64,000 nt of DNA from NCBI GenBank assembly GCA_045589395.1, contig JAZNOZ010000004.1, forward strand, positions 1,433 through 65,432, in the 5' to 3' direction. Positions within the stretch are counted from its first letter, which is position 1, and each line of letters starts with the position of its first letter. Position numbers and translations under genes: made by a program. The notes beneath the pieces were generated by a model that ran no database searches, had not been told where the DNA came from, and was given only the letters and a program-made list of their open reading frames with translations. Of this stretch, positions 1-9,110 are shown one piece after another. Source of the stretch: Acutalibacteraceae bacterium (GTDB lineage Bacteria > Bacillota > Clostridia > Oscillospirales > Acutalibacteraceae).

Positions 1-7
1 TTAAGAA

Positions 8-430
8 ATGGAAAAAGAAAGAATAATAAAAATATCGGACCTCCAGACTACCGAGGAGGGTGAAGACAGAATTGAAATCACCACAAGAGGAACCTTCAGC
101 GGTGATGAAGAGAACTATACTCTCGAATTTGATGAGATTTTTGATGACGGCTTACAAAGCCATACCGTGCTGACCGTAAAGGACGGTAAAAGTGTAAATC
201 TTCTGCGCAGAGGGGATATGAACAACGAAATTATCCTTGAAGCAGGGAAGAGGCACAATTTTCAGTACCAGACACCGTACGGAGAGATGCAGATGGGTGT
301 TTTTGCCAACACGGTTGAGAATAAAATGACTCCCGAAGGCGGTACCCTTAAGCTTGTTTATACGATAGATTTTTACGGTAATTTCACAAGCGCAAAGGAA
401 ATGCTGATTGAAGTGGGAAATACTTTCTGA
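8..430 (+). CDS. DUF1934-like small protein (YwiB-like) immediately upstream of argS
   Basis: 140-aa ORF ending 23 nt before argS. A small acidic beta-rich protein in the position DUF1934/YwiB occupies next to argS in Firmicutes. The family assignment is from memory of this synteny, not from a search. Confidence 0.55.
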   Translation: MEKERIIKISDLQTTEEGEDRIEITTRGTFSGDEENYTLEFDEIFDDGLQSHTVLTVKDGKSVNLLRRGDMNNEIILEAGKRHNFQYQTPYGEMQMGVFANTVENKMTPEGGTLKLVYTIDFYGNFTSAKEMLIEVGNTF

Positions 431-453
431 TTATTTGAAAAGAGGGAGATAAA

Positions 454-2142
454 ATGAGCATACTTGTTAAAAATGCAGAAAAGCAGATAAATACAGCAGT
501 TGAAGCAGCACTGAAAAAGGCGATGGAAACAGGTCTTCTTCCCGAAGCCGAGCTTCTTCCCTTTAAGGTTGAAATCCCTGCAGACAGAAAAAACGGTGAC
601 TATTCCACCAATGCCGCTTTGGCACACGCAAGAGCATTCCGTCTGCCTCCCATAAAGATTGCCAATGCGATAAAGGACTGCATTGAGCTTGAAAATACAT
701 ACTTTTCCTGTGTTGAATGTGCAGGTGCAGGCTTTATAAACTTTACCCTTTCACCCGTATATTATGCAGACATTCTTAAGGATGTTGAAGAAAAGGGCAG
801 TAAGTACGGTCATTCCGAAATGGGCAAGGGCAAAAAGGCACTCGTTGAATTTGTTTCAGCTAACCCCACAGGTCCTATGCATGTAGGTAATGCAAGAGGC
901 GGTGCAATGGGTGACTGCCTTGCAGAGGTTCTTACCTGGGCAGGCTACGAAACCGAAAGAGAATTTTATATAAATGACGGCGGAAATCAGATTGAAAAAT
1001 TCGGTCTGTCACTTGATTTGAGATACCGCGCTCTGTATGAGGACGGCATCGAAATGCCCGAGGATTCCTATCACGGTCAGGATATTATCGACCACGCCGA
1101 AGCATTTGCAAAAATCCACGGTGATAAGTATATATACTTGAGTGAAGAAGAGAGAAGAAAGGCACTCGTTGACTATGCACTTCCTCTTAATATCGCAGGT
1201 CTTGAAAGAGATTTGCTTAAGTACAAAATCAAGTATGACACATGGTTCAAGGAAAGCACTCTCCATAATTCAGGTGCTGCAAAGAATGTTATAAAGCTTC
1301 TCACTGAAAAGGGCTACACATATGAGCTTGACGGAGCTGTCTGGTTCAAGGCGGAGCAGTTCGGCTGCGATAAGGACTTTGTTCTTGTCCGTTCAAACGG
1401 CTTTCTGACATATATCGTTCCCGATATTGCATATCACTATAATAAGCTTTGCGAAAGAAAGTTTGATCTGGCGGTAGATATTCTCGGTGCAGACCATCAC
1501 GGATATGTTCCCAGACTCAAAGCTGCTCTGACAGCACTCGGTGTTGACCCCGAGCGTCTGCAGGTAGTGCTTATGCAGATGGTTCGTCTTGTTAAAGACG
1601 GTGAAGTTATCAAGGCTTCAAAGCGTTCGGGTAAGGCTATCACACTCGTAACTCTTCTTGAAGAGGTGCCGATTGATGCAGCACGCTTCTTCTTTAATAC
1701 AAGAGAAGCAAATTCTCACTGTGACTTCGACCTTGACCTTGCAGTTGAGGAATCCTCACAGAATCCCGTTTATTACTGTCAGTATGCTCACGCGCGTATC
1801 TGCTCCATATTCAGAAAAATGGAAGAAAAGGGTGTGAAATATGAGGGCTGTACTGATAAACAGGCTCAGCTTCTCACGGTAAACGAGGAAAAAGAGCTTA
1901 TCAGACATATCGCTTCTCTCACAGGAGAGGTTGAAAGCGCAGCTTTGGCTTTAGACCCTTCAAAGCTTACAAGATATGCAGTTGAGCTTGCAACACTCTT
2001 CCATAAGTTCTATAACGCTTGCCGCTGTGATATTGAAGATAAAGACCTTATGACAGCAAGACTTTTCCTTTGCAACAGCGCAAAAATTGTATTGGCTAAT
2101 GTTCTCGGTCTTCTCAAGGTAGACGCTCCCGAGGTAATGTAA
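454..2142 (+). CDS. argS: arginine--tRNA ligase
   Basis: 562-aa ORF with the class-I HIGH-type motif 'PMHVGNARGG' and a KMSKS-like 'KASKRSGKAITL'. Has the ArgRS-typical C-terminal anticodon-binding region. RBS GAGGGAG lies 7 nt upstream. Confidence 0.95.
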   Translation: MSILVKNAEKQINTAVEAALKKAMETGLLPEAELLPFKVEIPADRKNGDYSTNAALAHARAFRLPPIKIANAIKDCIELENTYFSCVECAGAGFINFTLSPVYYADILKDVEEKGSKYGHSEMGKGKKALVEFVSANPTGPMHVGNARGGAMGDCLAEVLTWAGYETEREFYINDGGNQIEKFGLSLDLRYRALYEDGIEMPEDSYHGQDIIDHAEAFAKIHGDKYIYLSEEERRKALVDYALPLNIAGLERDLLKYKIKYDTWFKESTLHNSGAAKNVIKLLTEKGYTYELDGAVWFKAEQFGCDKDFVLVRSNGFLTYIVPDIAYHYNKLCERKFDLAVDILGADHHGYVPRLKAALTALGVDPERLQVVLMQMVRLVKDGEVIKASKRSGKAITLVTLLEEVPIDAARFFFNTREANSHCDFDLDLAVEESSQNPVYYCQYAHARICSIFRKMEEKGVKYEGCTDKQAQLLTVNEEKELIRHIASLTGEVESAALALDPSKLTRYAVELATLFHKFYNACRCDIEDKDLMTARLFLCNSAKIVLANVLGLLKVDAPEVM

Positions 2143-2178
2143 TAAAAAGTATAATTCTGAAAGAAAGCAGGTGAAAAT

Positions 2179-2643
2179 ATGGCAGACTCACAAAGAACGG
2201 TAGCGCAGAACAAGAAAGCTTATCATGACTATTTTATAATAGAAACCTATGAAGCAGGTCTTGAGCTTTACGGCACCGAGGTAAAGTCTATACGAGAGGG
2301 GAGAGTGAACCTCAAAGACTCCTGGTGCAATATAAAAGACGGTGAAATCTTTGCTTGCGGAATGCATATTTCACCCTATGAAAAAGGAAATATATTCAAC
2401 CGCGACCCCATGAGAGTCAAAAAACTGCTTATGCACAAACGGGAGATTTCCAAACTTTTCGGATTGACAAAGCAGCAAGGGTATGCGATAATTCCGCTGT
2501 CGGTATATTTTGTACGCGGACGGGCAAAACTGCAGATAGGTCTGTGTAAGGGTAAAAAATTATACGACAAACGCGAAACCGAAGCCAAAAAGAGCGCAAA
2601 CCGAGATATTGAGCGCTCTCTCAGAGGCGACAAAAATGCTTAA
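2179..2643 (+). CDS. smpB: SsrA-binding protein SmpB
   Basis: 154-aa ORF. N-terminus 'NKKAYHDYFIIETYEAGLELYGTEVKSIR' and a basic C-terminal tail are typical of SmpB. The tmRNA gene lies 0.9 kb downstream. Confidence 0.95.
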   Translation: MADSQRTVAQNKKAYHDYFIIETYEAGLELYGTEVKSIREGRVNLKDSWCNIKDGEIFACGMHISPYEKGNIFNRDPMRVKKLLMHKREISKLFGLTKQQGYAIIPLSVYFVRGRAKLQIGLCKGKKLYDKRETEAKKSANRDIERSLRGDKNA

Positions 2644-2791
2644 TCAACCGTTGGTTTAGTTCGATTTTGGCAAAAAACAACTTTTCGTTTAGAAAATTGA
2701 CTCCGTTTCAACCTTTGTTCAATTCAAATTTTTCGGTTTTTCCGTTAAAATATTTTTGAACAAACGGCAAAGCCGAAAGGAGAAAAAGAAA

Positions 2792-3334
2792 ATGACTTTA
2801 TTTACAAAAAAAGAAAACGAAAACGCAAGCGAAGAAAAAATCAACGATGCAAAAACACTCGGAGAAAGATTATCTGCGGCGAGAAAAAGAAAAGGACTTA
2901 CTCAGGAGGATTTTGCAAATTATCTTGATGTTACACCGCAGGCTGTATCAAAATGGGAAAATAACCTGTCTTGTCCGGATATCCTTATTTTACCGAAGAT
3001 ATCAGAAATTCTCGGTGTTGGCATTGAAGAGCTTTTAACAGGCGAAACAAAAAGAAAAGAAGCACCAAAGCGTACTGTTACGGATAACAGTAAACTCAAA
3101 TTAAAAATAAGAATAACTCCTGTAAACAAGAAACCCACAAATATAACCGTGCCGGTGGCACTTGCGAAAAAAGTAGCAAGAATCGGAAACGGAATATCCG
3201 GAATAGTAGGCAATACTTCTATAAGCAACGCACAAATGGAAGAGATACTCCAACTCACCGAAGAGGGCGTTGTGGGAGAAATTCTTAATGTAGAAGCCGA
3301 GGACGGGACTGTAATATCAATAGAAATAAGCTGA
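2792..3334 (+). CDS. XRE-family helix-turn-helix protein with an uncharacterised C-terminal domain
   Basis: HTH_3-like segment 'LGERLSAARKRKGLTQEDFANYLDVTPQAVSKWEN'. I start it at ATG 2792 (RBS AAAGGAG at 2776-2782) rather than at the ORF-track start 2756. Confidence 0.75.
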   Translation: MTLFTKKENENASEEKINDAKTLGERLSAARKRKGLTQEDFANYLDVTPQAVSKWENNLSCPDILILPKISEILGVGIEELLTGETKRKEAPKRTVTDNSKLKLKIRITPVNKKPTNITVPVALAKKVARIGNGISGIVGNTSISNAQMEEILQLTEEGVVGEILNVEAEDGTVISIEIS

Positions 3335-3344
3335 TGATTTCCAG

Positions 3345-3373
3345 TTGATATTCTCAGAGAAATAATATATAAT
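3345..3373 (+). promoter_or_regulatory. sigma-A-like promoter (TTGATA-17 nt-TATAAT), probable ssrA promoter
   Basis: TTGATA at 3345-3350, a 17-nt spacer, then TATAAT at 3368-3373. No ORF follows, and the next feature on this strand is the tmRNA, about 160 nt downstream. Confidence 0.6.
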
Positions 3374-3418
3374 AATCTTCCCGAAAGATAGATTATAACA
3401 CAATCATTCTTTTCTCAT

Positions 3419-3531
3419 CCGACGCAAGTCGGAAACATCACACCGACGAAGTCGGTACATCACTCACCGTAGGAGAGTATCACATTTTGCACAGCAAAAT
3501 ACATCACTGCAGATTTGTAAAACAAATCTGC
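3419..3531 (+). repeat. array of five variable hairpins punctuated by the A(C/T)ATCAC heptamer (putative pre-tmRNA leader)
   Basis: Hairpins are ccgac-gcaa-gtcgg, accgac-gaa-gtcggt, ctc.cc-gta-gg.gag, attttgc-aca-gcaaaat and gcagatttg-taaaa-caaatctgc. Each of the first four is followed by ACATCAC (3435, 3457, 3501) or GTATCAC (3477). Confidence 0.8.
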
Positions 3532-3536
3532 CTTAT

Positions 3537-3888
3537 GGGGGCGAAAGGATTTCGACGGGGAATCTGAGTTTCGATAAGCGAGCAGAGGCGGGGCACCTCT
3601 ATAAAAGCTTCAAGTTATAAAATAAATAACAACAATAAAACAGTTTTAGCTGCTGCCTAAGTGCAACAGCCGTCATTCCCGAGAGTACCGCGGCTCGGTG
3701 CGTGGCGTCATTGAGCGGTGAACGTGAATGAAAAATAGCCTTGTATTTCATCACGCATCAAAGGGCTGGTCTTCTCCCGAGTGTGTTACTTCACGCAGGA
3801 GAAGACGAGATTAAATAAGTAACTACGCTCGTAGAAAGTCGTGAGGAGGGTTTTTCGGACAGGGGTTCGACTCCCCTCGCCTCCACCA
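3537..3888 (+). ncRNA. ssrA: tmRNA (transfer-messenger RNA)
   Basis: 5' end GGGGGCGAAAGGATTTCGACGGGG. 3' end GGACAGGGGTTCGACTCCCCTCGCCTCCACCA, a tRNA-Ala-like acceptor/T-arm. An internal tag frame ends ...NNNNKTVLAAA-TAA (stop at 3658-3660), with the probable resume codon GCT at 3607. Confidence 0.92.
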
Positions 3889-3896
3889 AAAAATAC

Positions 3897-3930
3897 AGCA
3901 GCAACTGAAAGGTTGCTGCTTTTTTATTTT
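3897..3930 (+). terminator. Rho-independent terminator of ssrA
   Basis: Stem agcagcaac / gttgctgct with loop tgaaag, followed by TTTTTTATTTT. Confidence 0.85.
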
Positions 3931-4018
3931 AAAATAGCAACTGCAAATATATTGAAATTCAGTGTATTGTATGATATAATTTCAAATATACTTCTAATTT
4001 CAACGGAGGGATTTATTA

Positions 4019-4585
4019 ATGAAATTTGTTGCAGCAAAATGTCCTAGTTGCGGAGCGGACATTCAGGTTGATGAAAATACCAATAAATGTTTTTGCCAAT
4101 ATTGCGGTTCGCAGATTTTTGTCGAAGAAGCAATTCAAATGATTAAAGGAACCGTTCAAATCGATTTCAAAAATCAGATTGATAATTTCCTTATTCGAGC
4201 AAATGAATTTATGGAGCAAAAAAGATATTCTGATGCCGAAATTTATTTCAACAAGGTTTTAGATATAGATGCCACTAACAAAGAAGCAAAAGAAGGTCTT
4301 GCTGCAGCAGAAAGTGTTATTACTTCCAATAATATTTTTATTGAAAGAGGCCAGAAAAGACCTGCCGGAGAAGGAAAAACACTTTTGTACATCAATGATC
4401 AAAAATATAAAGTAGATTTGGATAATCCCGTAAGCATAATTTTGCCTATAGGAATGCATAGAATTGAATTCAAGCGTGGTATATGTCAGAGTAAGCCTAT
4501 ACTTATTACAATAAAAAACAGATACGATACTTTTAAAATCAGGTTTACGCCAAAGCTATTCACCATTAGTGCCGAATTAATTTAA
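4019..4585 (+). CDS. zinc-ribbon protein with a TPR-like middle and a beta-rich (PEGA-like) C-terminus
   Basis: N-terminal CPSCG...CQYCG double-CxxC zinc ribbon. RBS GGAGGG lies upstream. No closer family recognised. Confidence 0.6.
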   Translation: MKFVAAKCPSCGADIQVDENTNKCFCQYCGSQIFVEEAIQMIKGTVQIDFKNQIDNFLIRANEFMEQKRYSDAEIYFNKVLDIDATNKEAKEGLAAAESVITSNNIFIERGQKRPAGEGKTLLYINDQKYKVDLDNPVSIILPIGMHRIEFKRGICQSKPILITIKNRYDTFKIRFTPKLFTISAELI

Positions 4586-4886
4586 GATAGAAAACAAGAA
4601 TATGTTGCCATATGTTGGGAATATATGCAGCCGATTGAAGATCTTCCTGTCGGAATTTCGGTTGAGTTAGTCAGCGGATTTGAAGCTGAAGGCGATATTT
4701 TAATTATGAAAAATGAAAGATAGTAGTATAACGATACCTCTAGCCTTAAATCAAATTGCACCTCTGCGTTATATTTAGGTTAATGGTATACTTATAGGTA
4801 ATATGCCAAACAAGAGTCAGACGAACACCTACTATTTCTTCACAGGCGGCTTCGCCGTGAAAGTGGAAATCTGACAGACAGACAAG

Positions 4887-4918
4887 AACCAAGGTTAGAA
4901 ATAGCCTTGGTTTTTTTT
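4887..4918 (+). terminator. Rho-independent terminator with no annotated gene upstream
   Basis: Stem aaccaagg / ccttggtt followed by a T8 run. It closes a 300-nt stretch with no ORF of 60 aa or more. Confidence 0.7.
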
Positions 4919-4932
4919 GTTTACTGGGGGTA

Positions 4933-4962
4933 TTGAGATAATTAACTATTATGTGATATAAT
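4933..4962 (+). promoter_or_regulatory. sigma-A-like promoter for the 5029 gene
   Basis: TTGAGA at 4933-4938, an 18-nt spacer ending in TGTGA (extended -10-like), then TATAAT at 4957-4962. Confidence 0.5.
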
Positions 4963-5028
4963 GAAAAAAAGACTTCGTGAAAATTACAAAGTCTGTTATG
5001 AATATATAATTCAGAAAGAAGGATAAAA

Positions 5029-6042
5029 ATGTCTGAAGAAAAGAATTTAGAAAAAGAAGTTGCATTAGAGAAAATTATCACATCTGCTGTACAAATCCCT
5101 GGTGTAAAGGTAGACAGAAAGAAATTTCTTGCTGAGACATTCGCAAATCACGAAGTCATAATGGAAGACATTTTTGAATTAGGCCCCATAGAAGTAGGCA
5201 TATCTCAGGAAGATCTTTCAAAATTTGCTAATAAGCTCATTCTTTCGAGAACAGGTCAGTCATCAATAGCATCTTTTGTTGCAGGTATTCCCGGTGGTTT
5301 GGCTATGGCAGCTACAGTTCCACTTGATGTATTACAGTTCTTTGGCATGGCAATAAGGCTTGCTCAGGAATTGTCCTATCTTTACGGTGCAGACGACTTA
5401 TGGCAGAATGGTCAGCTTGATGATGAAAAGGTTAAAAATCAGTTGTTATTATACTGTGGTGTTATGTTTGGTGTATCAGGTGCAGTATCAGGCGTACGAG
5501 TTCTTTCTACACAAATCGCAAAAACTACACTTAAAAAGCTTCCTCAAAAAGCTTTAACAAAAACATTTTGGTATCCAATGATAAAGCAAATCGGCAAAGC
5601 TATTGGAGTTAAAGTTACAAAGTCAACTGTTGCAAAGGGAATATCAAATGCTATACCCGTAATTGGTGGTGTAATTTCCGGCAGCATGAACTTTGCATCT
5701 ATGTTACCAATGGCAAACAGATTACAATCAGCTCTTGAAAGTGCAAACTTTGGATATACTGAAGAAGACCTTGAAAAAGATATCGATATCATCGAAGCAA
5801 CTGACTTTACTGACGAGCCTGACGAATTAGAGGATATAAAAGCAAAGGTTGTTGAAAATGGTAAGAAATTAGGAAACAATATCTCAAATCTTTTCAGCAA
5901 GAAAAAGAAAGAAGCAAAAGCATCTTCTCAAGCCGAAGACCCATTTGAAGCAATTAAGAAACTTGCAGACCTTAAAGATATGGGCATACTTTCACAGGAA
6001 GAATTTGATACAAAAAAAGCTGAACTGTTGACAAAAATCTAA
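5029..6042 (+). CDS. EcsC-like protein with a C-terminal SHOCT domain
   Basis: 337-aa ORF. The C-terminus 'IKKLADLKDMGILSQEEFDTKKAELL' matches the SHOCT short C-terminal motif. The central Gly/Ala-rich hydrophobic region resembles the EcsC family. RBS AGAAGGA. Confidence 0.6.
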   Translation: MSEEKNLEKEVALEKIITSAVQIPGVKVDRKKFLAETFANHEVIMEDIFELGPIEVGISQEDLSKFANKLILSRTGQSSIASFVAGIPGGLAMAATVPLDVLQFFGMAIRLAQELSYLYGADDLWQNGQLDDEKVKNQLLLYCGVMFGVSGAVSGVRVLSTQIAKTTLKKLPQKALTKTFWYPMIKQIGKAIGVKVTKSTVAKGISNAIPVIGGVISGSMNFASMLPMANRLQSALESANFGYTEEDLEKDIDIIEATDFTDEPDELEDIKAKVVENGKKLGNNISNLFSKKKKEAKASSQAEDPFEAIKKLADLKDMGILSQEEFDTKKAELLTKI

Positions 6043-6067
6043 AACTCCACACATTCGACAAAACACA

Positions 6068-6113
6068 GACCTCCTTGTAAACCGGTATTACCAAATACAA
6101 GGAGGTCATTTTA
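6068..6113. terminator. hairpin terminator between convergent genes
   Basis: 12-bp stem gacctccttgta / tacaaggaggtc, followed by ATTTTA on the + strand. Confidence 0.6.
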
Positions 6114-6151
6114 TGTTTAATAGGAAAATAAATGTATAAATAAATGCTTTA

Positions 6152-7765
6152 TTAACCCCACAAAGCCGATAATGTGGGAATTATCTGTTTTTTACGGCTC
6201 ATAACATCGGGGAGGAATACTTCGTTATCCTTCGGTGTTACATCAAAAGCCTGACCGATGATGTCCTCGTCACCCACAAAAAGCAGATAGCTGCCCTCTA
6301 AAAGTACATCTGTCAGCATCAGAATAACTAAGGAAGCTTTGGTTTTGTCTGCAATGACCTTCATCTGGTCAAGCAGCTCCTGTTTTCTTGAAAGGATGCT
6401 CGCGCTGTCTAAGCAGGTAATCTGTGATACGGCTAAATCGTGGCCTGCAATATGGAATTCCTTGTAGTCCGTATAAAGCAGATCATTTGCAGTTTTGCCC
6501 TCGCCCGAGCCTGAGAAAATCTTTTTGCCAAGCTCCTCAAGAGAGATGTTTGCAATTCGCGCCATTCTTTCCGCTGTGCGGATGTCCCGTACGGTACAGG
6601 TGGGGGACTTGAACATTACGGTGTCCGACAGAATTGCCGCCGCCATCATTCCCGCGAGCTTCTCAGAGGGGAGCAGTCCCTTGTCCTGGAACATAGACGC
6701 TATTATTGTATTGGTGGAGCCTACAGGCTCATTTCTGACGAAAATGGGGTTTGTTGTCTGAATATCAGCAAGTCTGTGATGGTCAATTATTTCGAGAATT
6801 TCGGCTTCCTCTAAGCCGGGGACAGACTGCGAAATCTCATTATGGTCAACGAGAACAACACGCTTTTTTCTCGGACGAAGCAGATGATATCTTGTGAGTA
6901 TGCCTACAATCTTTTCTTTTTCATCGAGGATGGGATAACAGGTTTTTCTGTATTTCCATACCATTTCCTTTACAAGGTCAACTCTGTCCTCTAAGTGGAA
7001 GCATACTAAATCCTTTGTGGTACAGATTCTGCGGATGGGTGTTGACTGGAAAATCAGTCTCGTAGCCTTGTATGCATCAAAAGGAGTTGAGATAATACAG
7101 GTTGAGGTTTCTATCTGAGAAAGCTCGGCATCCAATTGAGTACGGCAGAGGATAAGACAGTTTACATTCTGCTCTAAAGCCTGGCGTATCATATCGGGCT
7201 GATGACCGCAGATTACAACACGGTCGCTGTCGGGGAATATATCAGTTCCTCTGCTTTCGGGGATAGCGAGAACAACCTCGCCTGATACGGTATCTAAATA
7301 TTCGCCCGCATCATTGATGACCTTGCCCTCGAGCACGGACAAGACATTGAACAGCGGTACTTTATCAAGGACACTCGAATTATTAAGCTCCATATTGTAG
7401 TTTGCGATGTCTTCGCGGGTGATTATCCCGAGCAGAGTGCCGTCGTCATTAGCAACGGGAATTGCACGAAGCTCCTTTTGCTGCTGAAGCTCATTCCAAG
7501 CCCTGTCAACGCTGAGGCCTGCATTGAGAATCGGAGGCTTATCAAAGTCCAGGTCCTGTACCTGTGTATATAAATTCGTTATCAGAACGGGAGCTTCAAA
7601 GCCGAAATGGTCAAGCACAAGCTGTGTTTCGTCTGATACAAGCCCGAGGCAGGCTGCTGTATATTCTCTGTCACCCAGAGCATTTCTCAGGGATGCATAA
7701 GCAATAGCCGCCACAATTGAATCCGTGTCGGGATTCTTATGTCCGGTTACATAAATAGGATCCAT
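6152..7765 (-). CDS. CBS-domain-containing family II (DHH/DHHA2) inorganic pyrophosphatase
   Basis: 537 aa. N-terminal 'GHKNPDTDSI' DHH motif, a long CBS-type insert, 'VDHN' and 'DHHR' motifs, and a DHHA2-like C-terminus. Confidence 0.85.
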   Translation of the reverse strand: MDPIYVTGHKNPDTDSIVAAIAYASLRNALGDREYTAACLGLVSDETQLVLDHFGFEAPVLITNLYTQVQDLDFDKPPILNAGLSVDRAWNELQQQKELRAIPVANDDGTLLGIITREDIANYNMELNNSSVLDKVPLFNVLSVLEGKVINDAGEYLDTVSGEVVLAIPESRGTDIFPDSDRVVICGHQPDMIRQALEQNVNCLILCRTQLDAELSQIETSTCIISTPFDAYKATRLIFQSTPIRRICTTKDLVCFHLEDRVDLVKEMVWKYRKTCYPILDEKEKIVGILTRYHLLRPRKKRVVLVDHNEISQSVPGLEEAEILEIIDHHRLADIQTTNPIFVRNEPVGSTNTIIASMFQDKGLLPSEKLAGMMAAAILSDTVMFKSPTCTVRDIRTAERMARIANISLEELGKKIFSGSGEGKTANDLLYTDYKEFHIAGHDLAVSQITCLDSASILSRKQELLDQMKVIADKTKASLVILMLTDVLLEGSYLLFVGDEDIIGQAFDVTPKDNEVFLPDVMSRKKQIIPTLSALWG

Positions 7766-7800
7766 ATTTTCCCTCCTATCGGAAGATTCGCGTTTATGAT

Positions 7801-9096
7801 TTAGCCTATCTGAGTTGTGAGAGCTTCGCTGAGATTACCCCATACATCTTCGGCTGTAACGCGTACGGTATACTTTCCGTTTATTAGGGTGATGCCGTCA
7901 AAGGTAATGCTTTCGGGTATATCTGCAAAGTAGTACTGTGAAAGCTCCCAAGCGGAATAAACTTCCTTGCCCGAGGAATTTGTTATGCTGATTCTGTACA
8001 GATAAACCTCGTTATCCTCCGTAACCTTTGCCTGAGGAACAGTAATTTTGTAGTTGCCGAGCTTTTTGTTTATGCTAAGTGCCGCATCATCAGCGAATAC
8101 GGGGGCTGTGCTGAGAAGCTTTCTTGCATCATGGGAATATTTAAGCTTTACGGGAGCGGCTACATTATCAACAAGGTATTCCTTAACAAATTTTCCTGCG
8201 TCAACATCAAAAACCTTTATGAGTACACGGTTATTATCATCAATTTCAATGATAAGAGCCTGTGTCATTGTTTTATAGTTTTCGGGATGAACTGCAGTTT
8301 TGTCATCAACCGTAAATTCATAGTAGGCAAGACCTCCGTCACCTATAGCCGTGAAATTACCCTGCCAGATTGAACGGGGATCGTTTGCCGGATAATGTGA
8401 GTGACCTGAAATATGTATCACCTGAGGGTATTTTTCAAGCACTTCACGGAAGGTATTCATACCCCAACCGTCATAGGTATAGCTGCCGAAAACGGTGTTC
8501 TGTACATGCTCGTGAGTGAAAACAAAAACGGGCTGTAAGGGGGATTCTTCGGTGGCTTTTTTTAGCTCCCCGTCAAGCCAGATCACCTGTTCATCGGAAT
8601 AATGCTCACCTGATGAGGAACGGGAAATACCGATATAGTGGAAGCCGTTTATTATTCTGTGAAAATCAGGCTCCTGACCTGTGAGAGCAGTGAATATATC
8701 AAGACTTCCGCTTCCGAAGGTGTAGCCGTCATGGGCTTTTGCCACAACTGCCAGTCTTTCGGTATCCCCCTTTAATGCCTTGTCTGTTGTTGCCGTAAAT
8801 GCGGAAAATGCGGTAAAGGTACCGCTGTCTGTAATATCACCTGAGAAAACAACAGCATCGAGCTTATTATAATCAGCATCTGCTTCACAATAAGCATAAG
8901 CCGAATTCAGCATTTTTGCAATTCTTTTGCAGCCCTTGTCCCCCAGAGTGCTGATGTGAGTGTCACTTGTTGCGATAAAACGGGCAACTGGTACAAAATC
9001 ATCATTATTTTCGGGCACAGGGGCGGTTGCAACGGGTACAAAAAGTGAGGTAAAAAGTGCCAGAAAGCTTAAAATCCAAGAAAGAAATGTTGACAT
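7801..9096 (-). CDS. secreted calcineurin-like metallophosphoesterase with a C-terminal Ig/FN3-like domain
   Basis: Signal peptide 'MSTFLSWILSFLALFTSLFVPVATA'. Metallophosphoesterase motifs 'SDTH', 'SGDITD' and 'SGHSH'. The last ~110 aa are beta-rich. Confidence 0.75.
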   Translation of the reverse strand: MSTFLSWILSFLALFTSLFVPVATAPVPENNDDFVPVARFIATSDTHISTLGDKGCKRIAKMLNSAYAYCEADADYNKLDAVVFSGDITDSGTFTAFSAFTATTDKALKGDTERLAVVAKAHDGYTFGSGSLDIFTALTGQEPDFHRIINGFHYIGISRSSSGEHYSDEQVIWLDGELKKATEESPLQPVFVFTHEHVQNTVFGSYTYDGWGMNTFREVLEKYPQVIHISGHSHYPANDPRSIWQGNFTAIGDGGLAYYEFTVDDKTAVHPENYKTMTQALIIEIDDNNRVLIKVFDVDAGKFVKEYLVDNVAAPVKLKYSHDARKLLSTAPVFADDAALSINKKLGNYKITVPQAKVTEDNEVYLYRISITNSSGKEVYSAWELSQYYFADIPESITFDGITLINGKYTVRVTAEDVWGNLSEALTTQIG

Positions 9097-9110
9097 AGCA
9101 ATTCCTCCGT

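Noticed and set aside
3435-3507. The similarity of the ATCAC heptamer to the 16S rRNA 3' tail (GGAUCACCUCC), which would suggest an anti-SD mimic.
   Set aside because: The match is only 5 nt, and none of the eight copies continues into CCUCC. This is most likely coincidental.
3419-3531. Could the periodic hairpin/heptamer arrays (here and at 52586-52766) be degenerate CRISPR arrays?
   Set aside because: The conserved unit is only 7-8 nt and the period only 20-24 bp, whereas CRISPR repeats and spacers are each typically in the tens of bp. It is the variable parts that are palindromic. No cas genes or leader are present in the window.
3889-6151. A genomic island integrated at the 3' end of ssrA (zinc-ribbon gene, gene remnant, EcsC-SHOCT gene).
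   Set aside because: tmRNA 3' ends are classic integration sites. However, I found no direct repeat of the ssrA 3' terminus (TTCGACTCCCCTCGCCTCCACCA or a partial copy) downstream, and no integrase. The block may still be accessory, but island status is unsupported.
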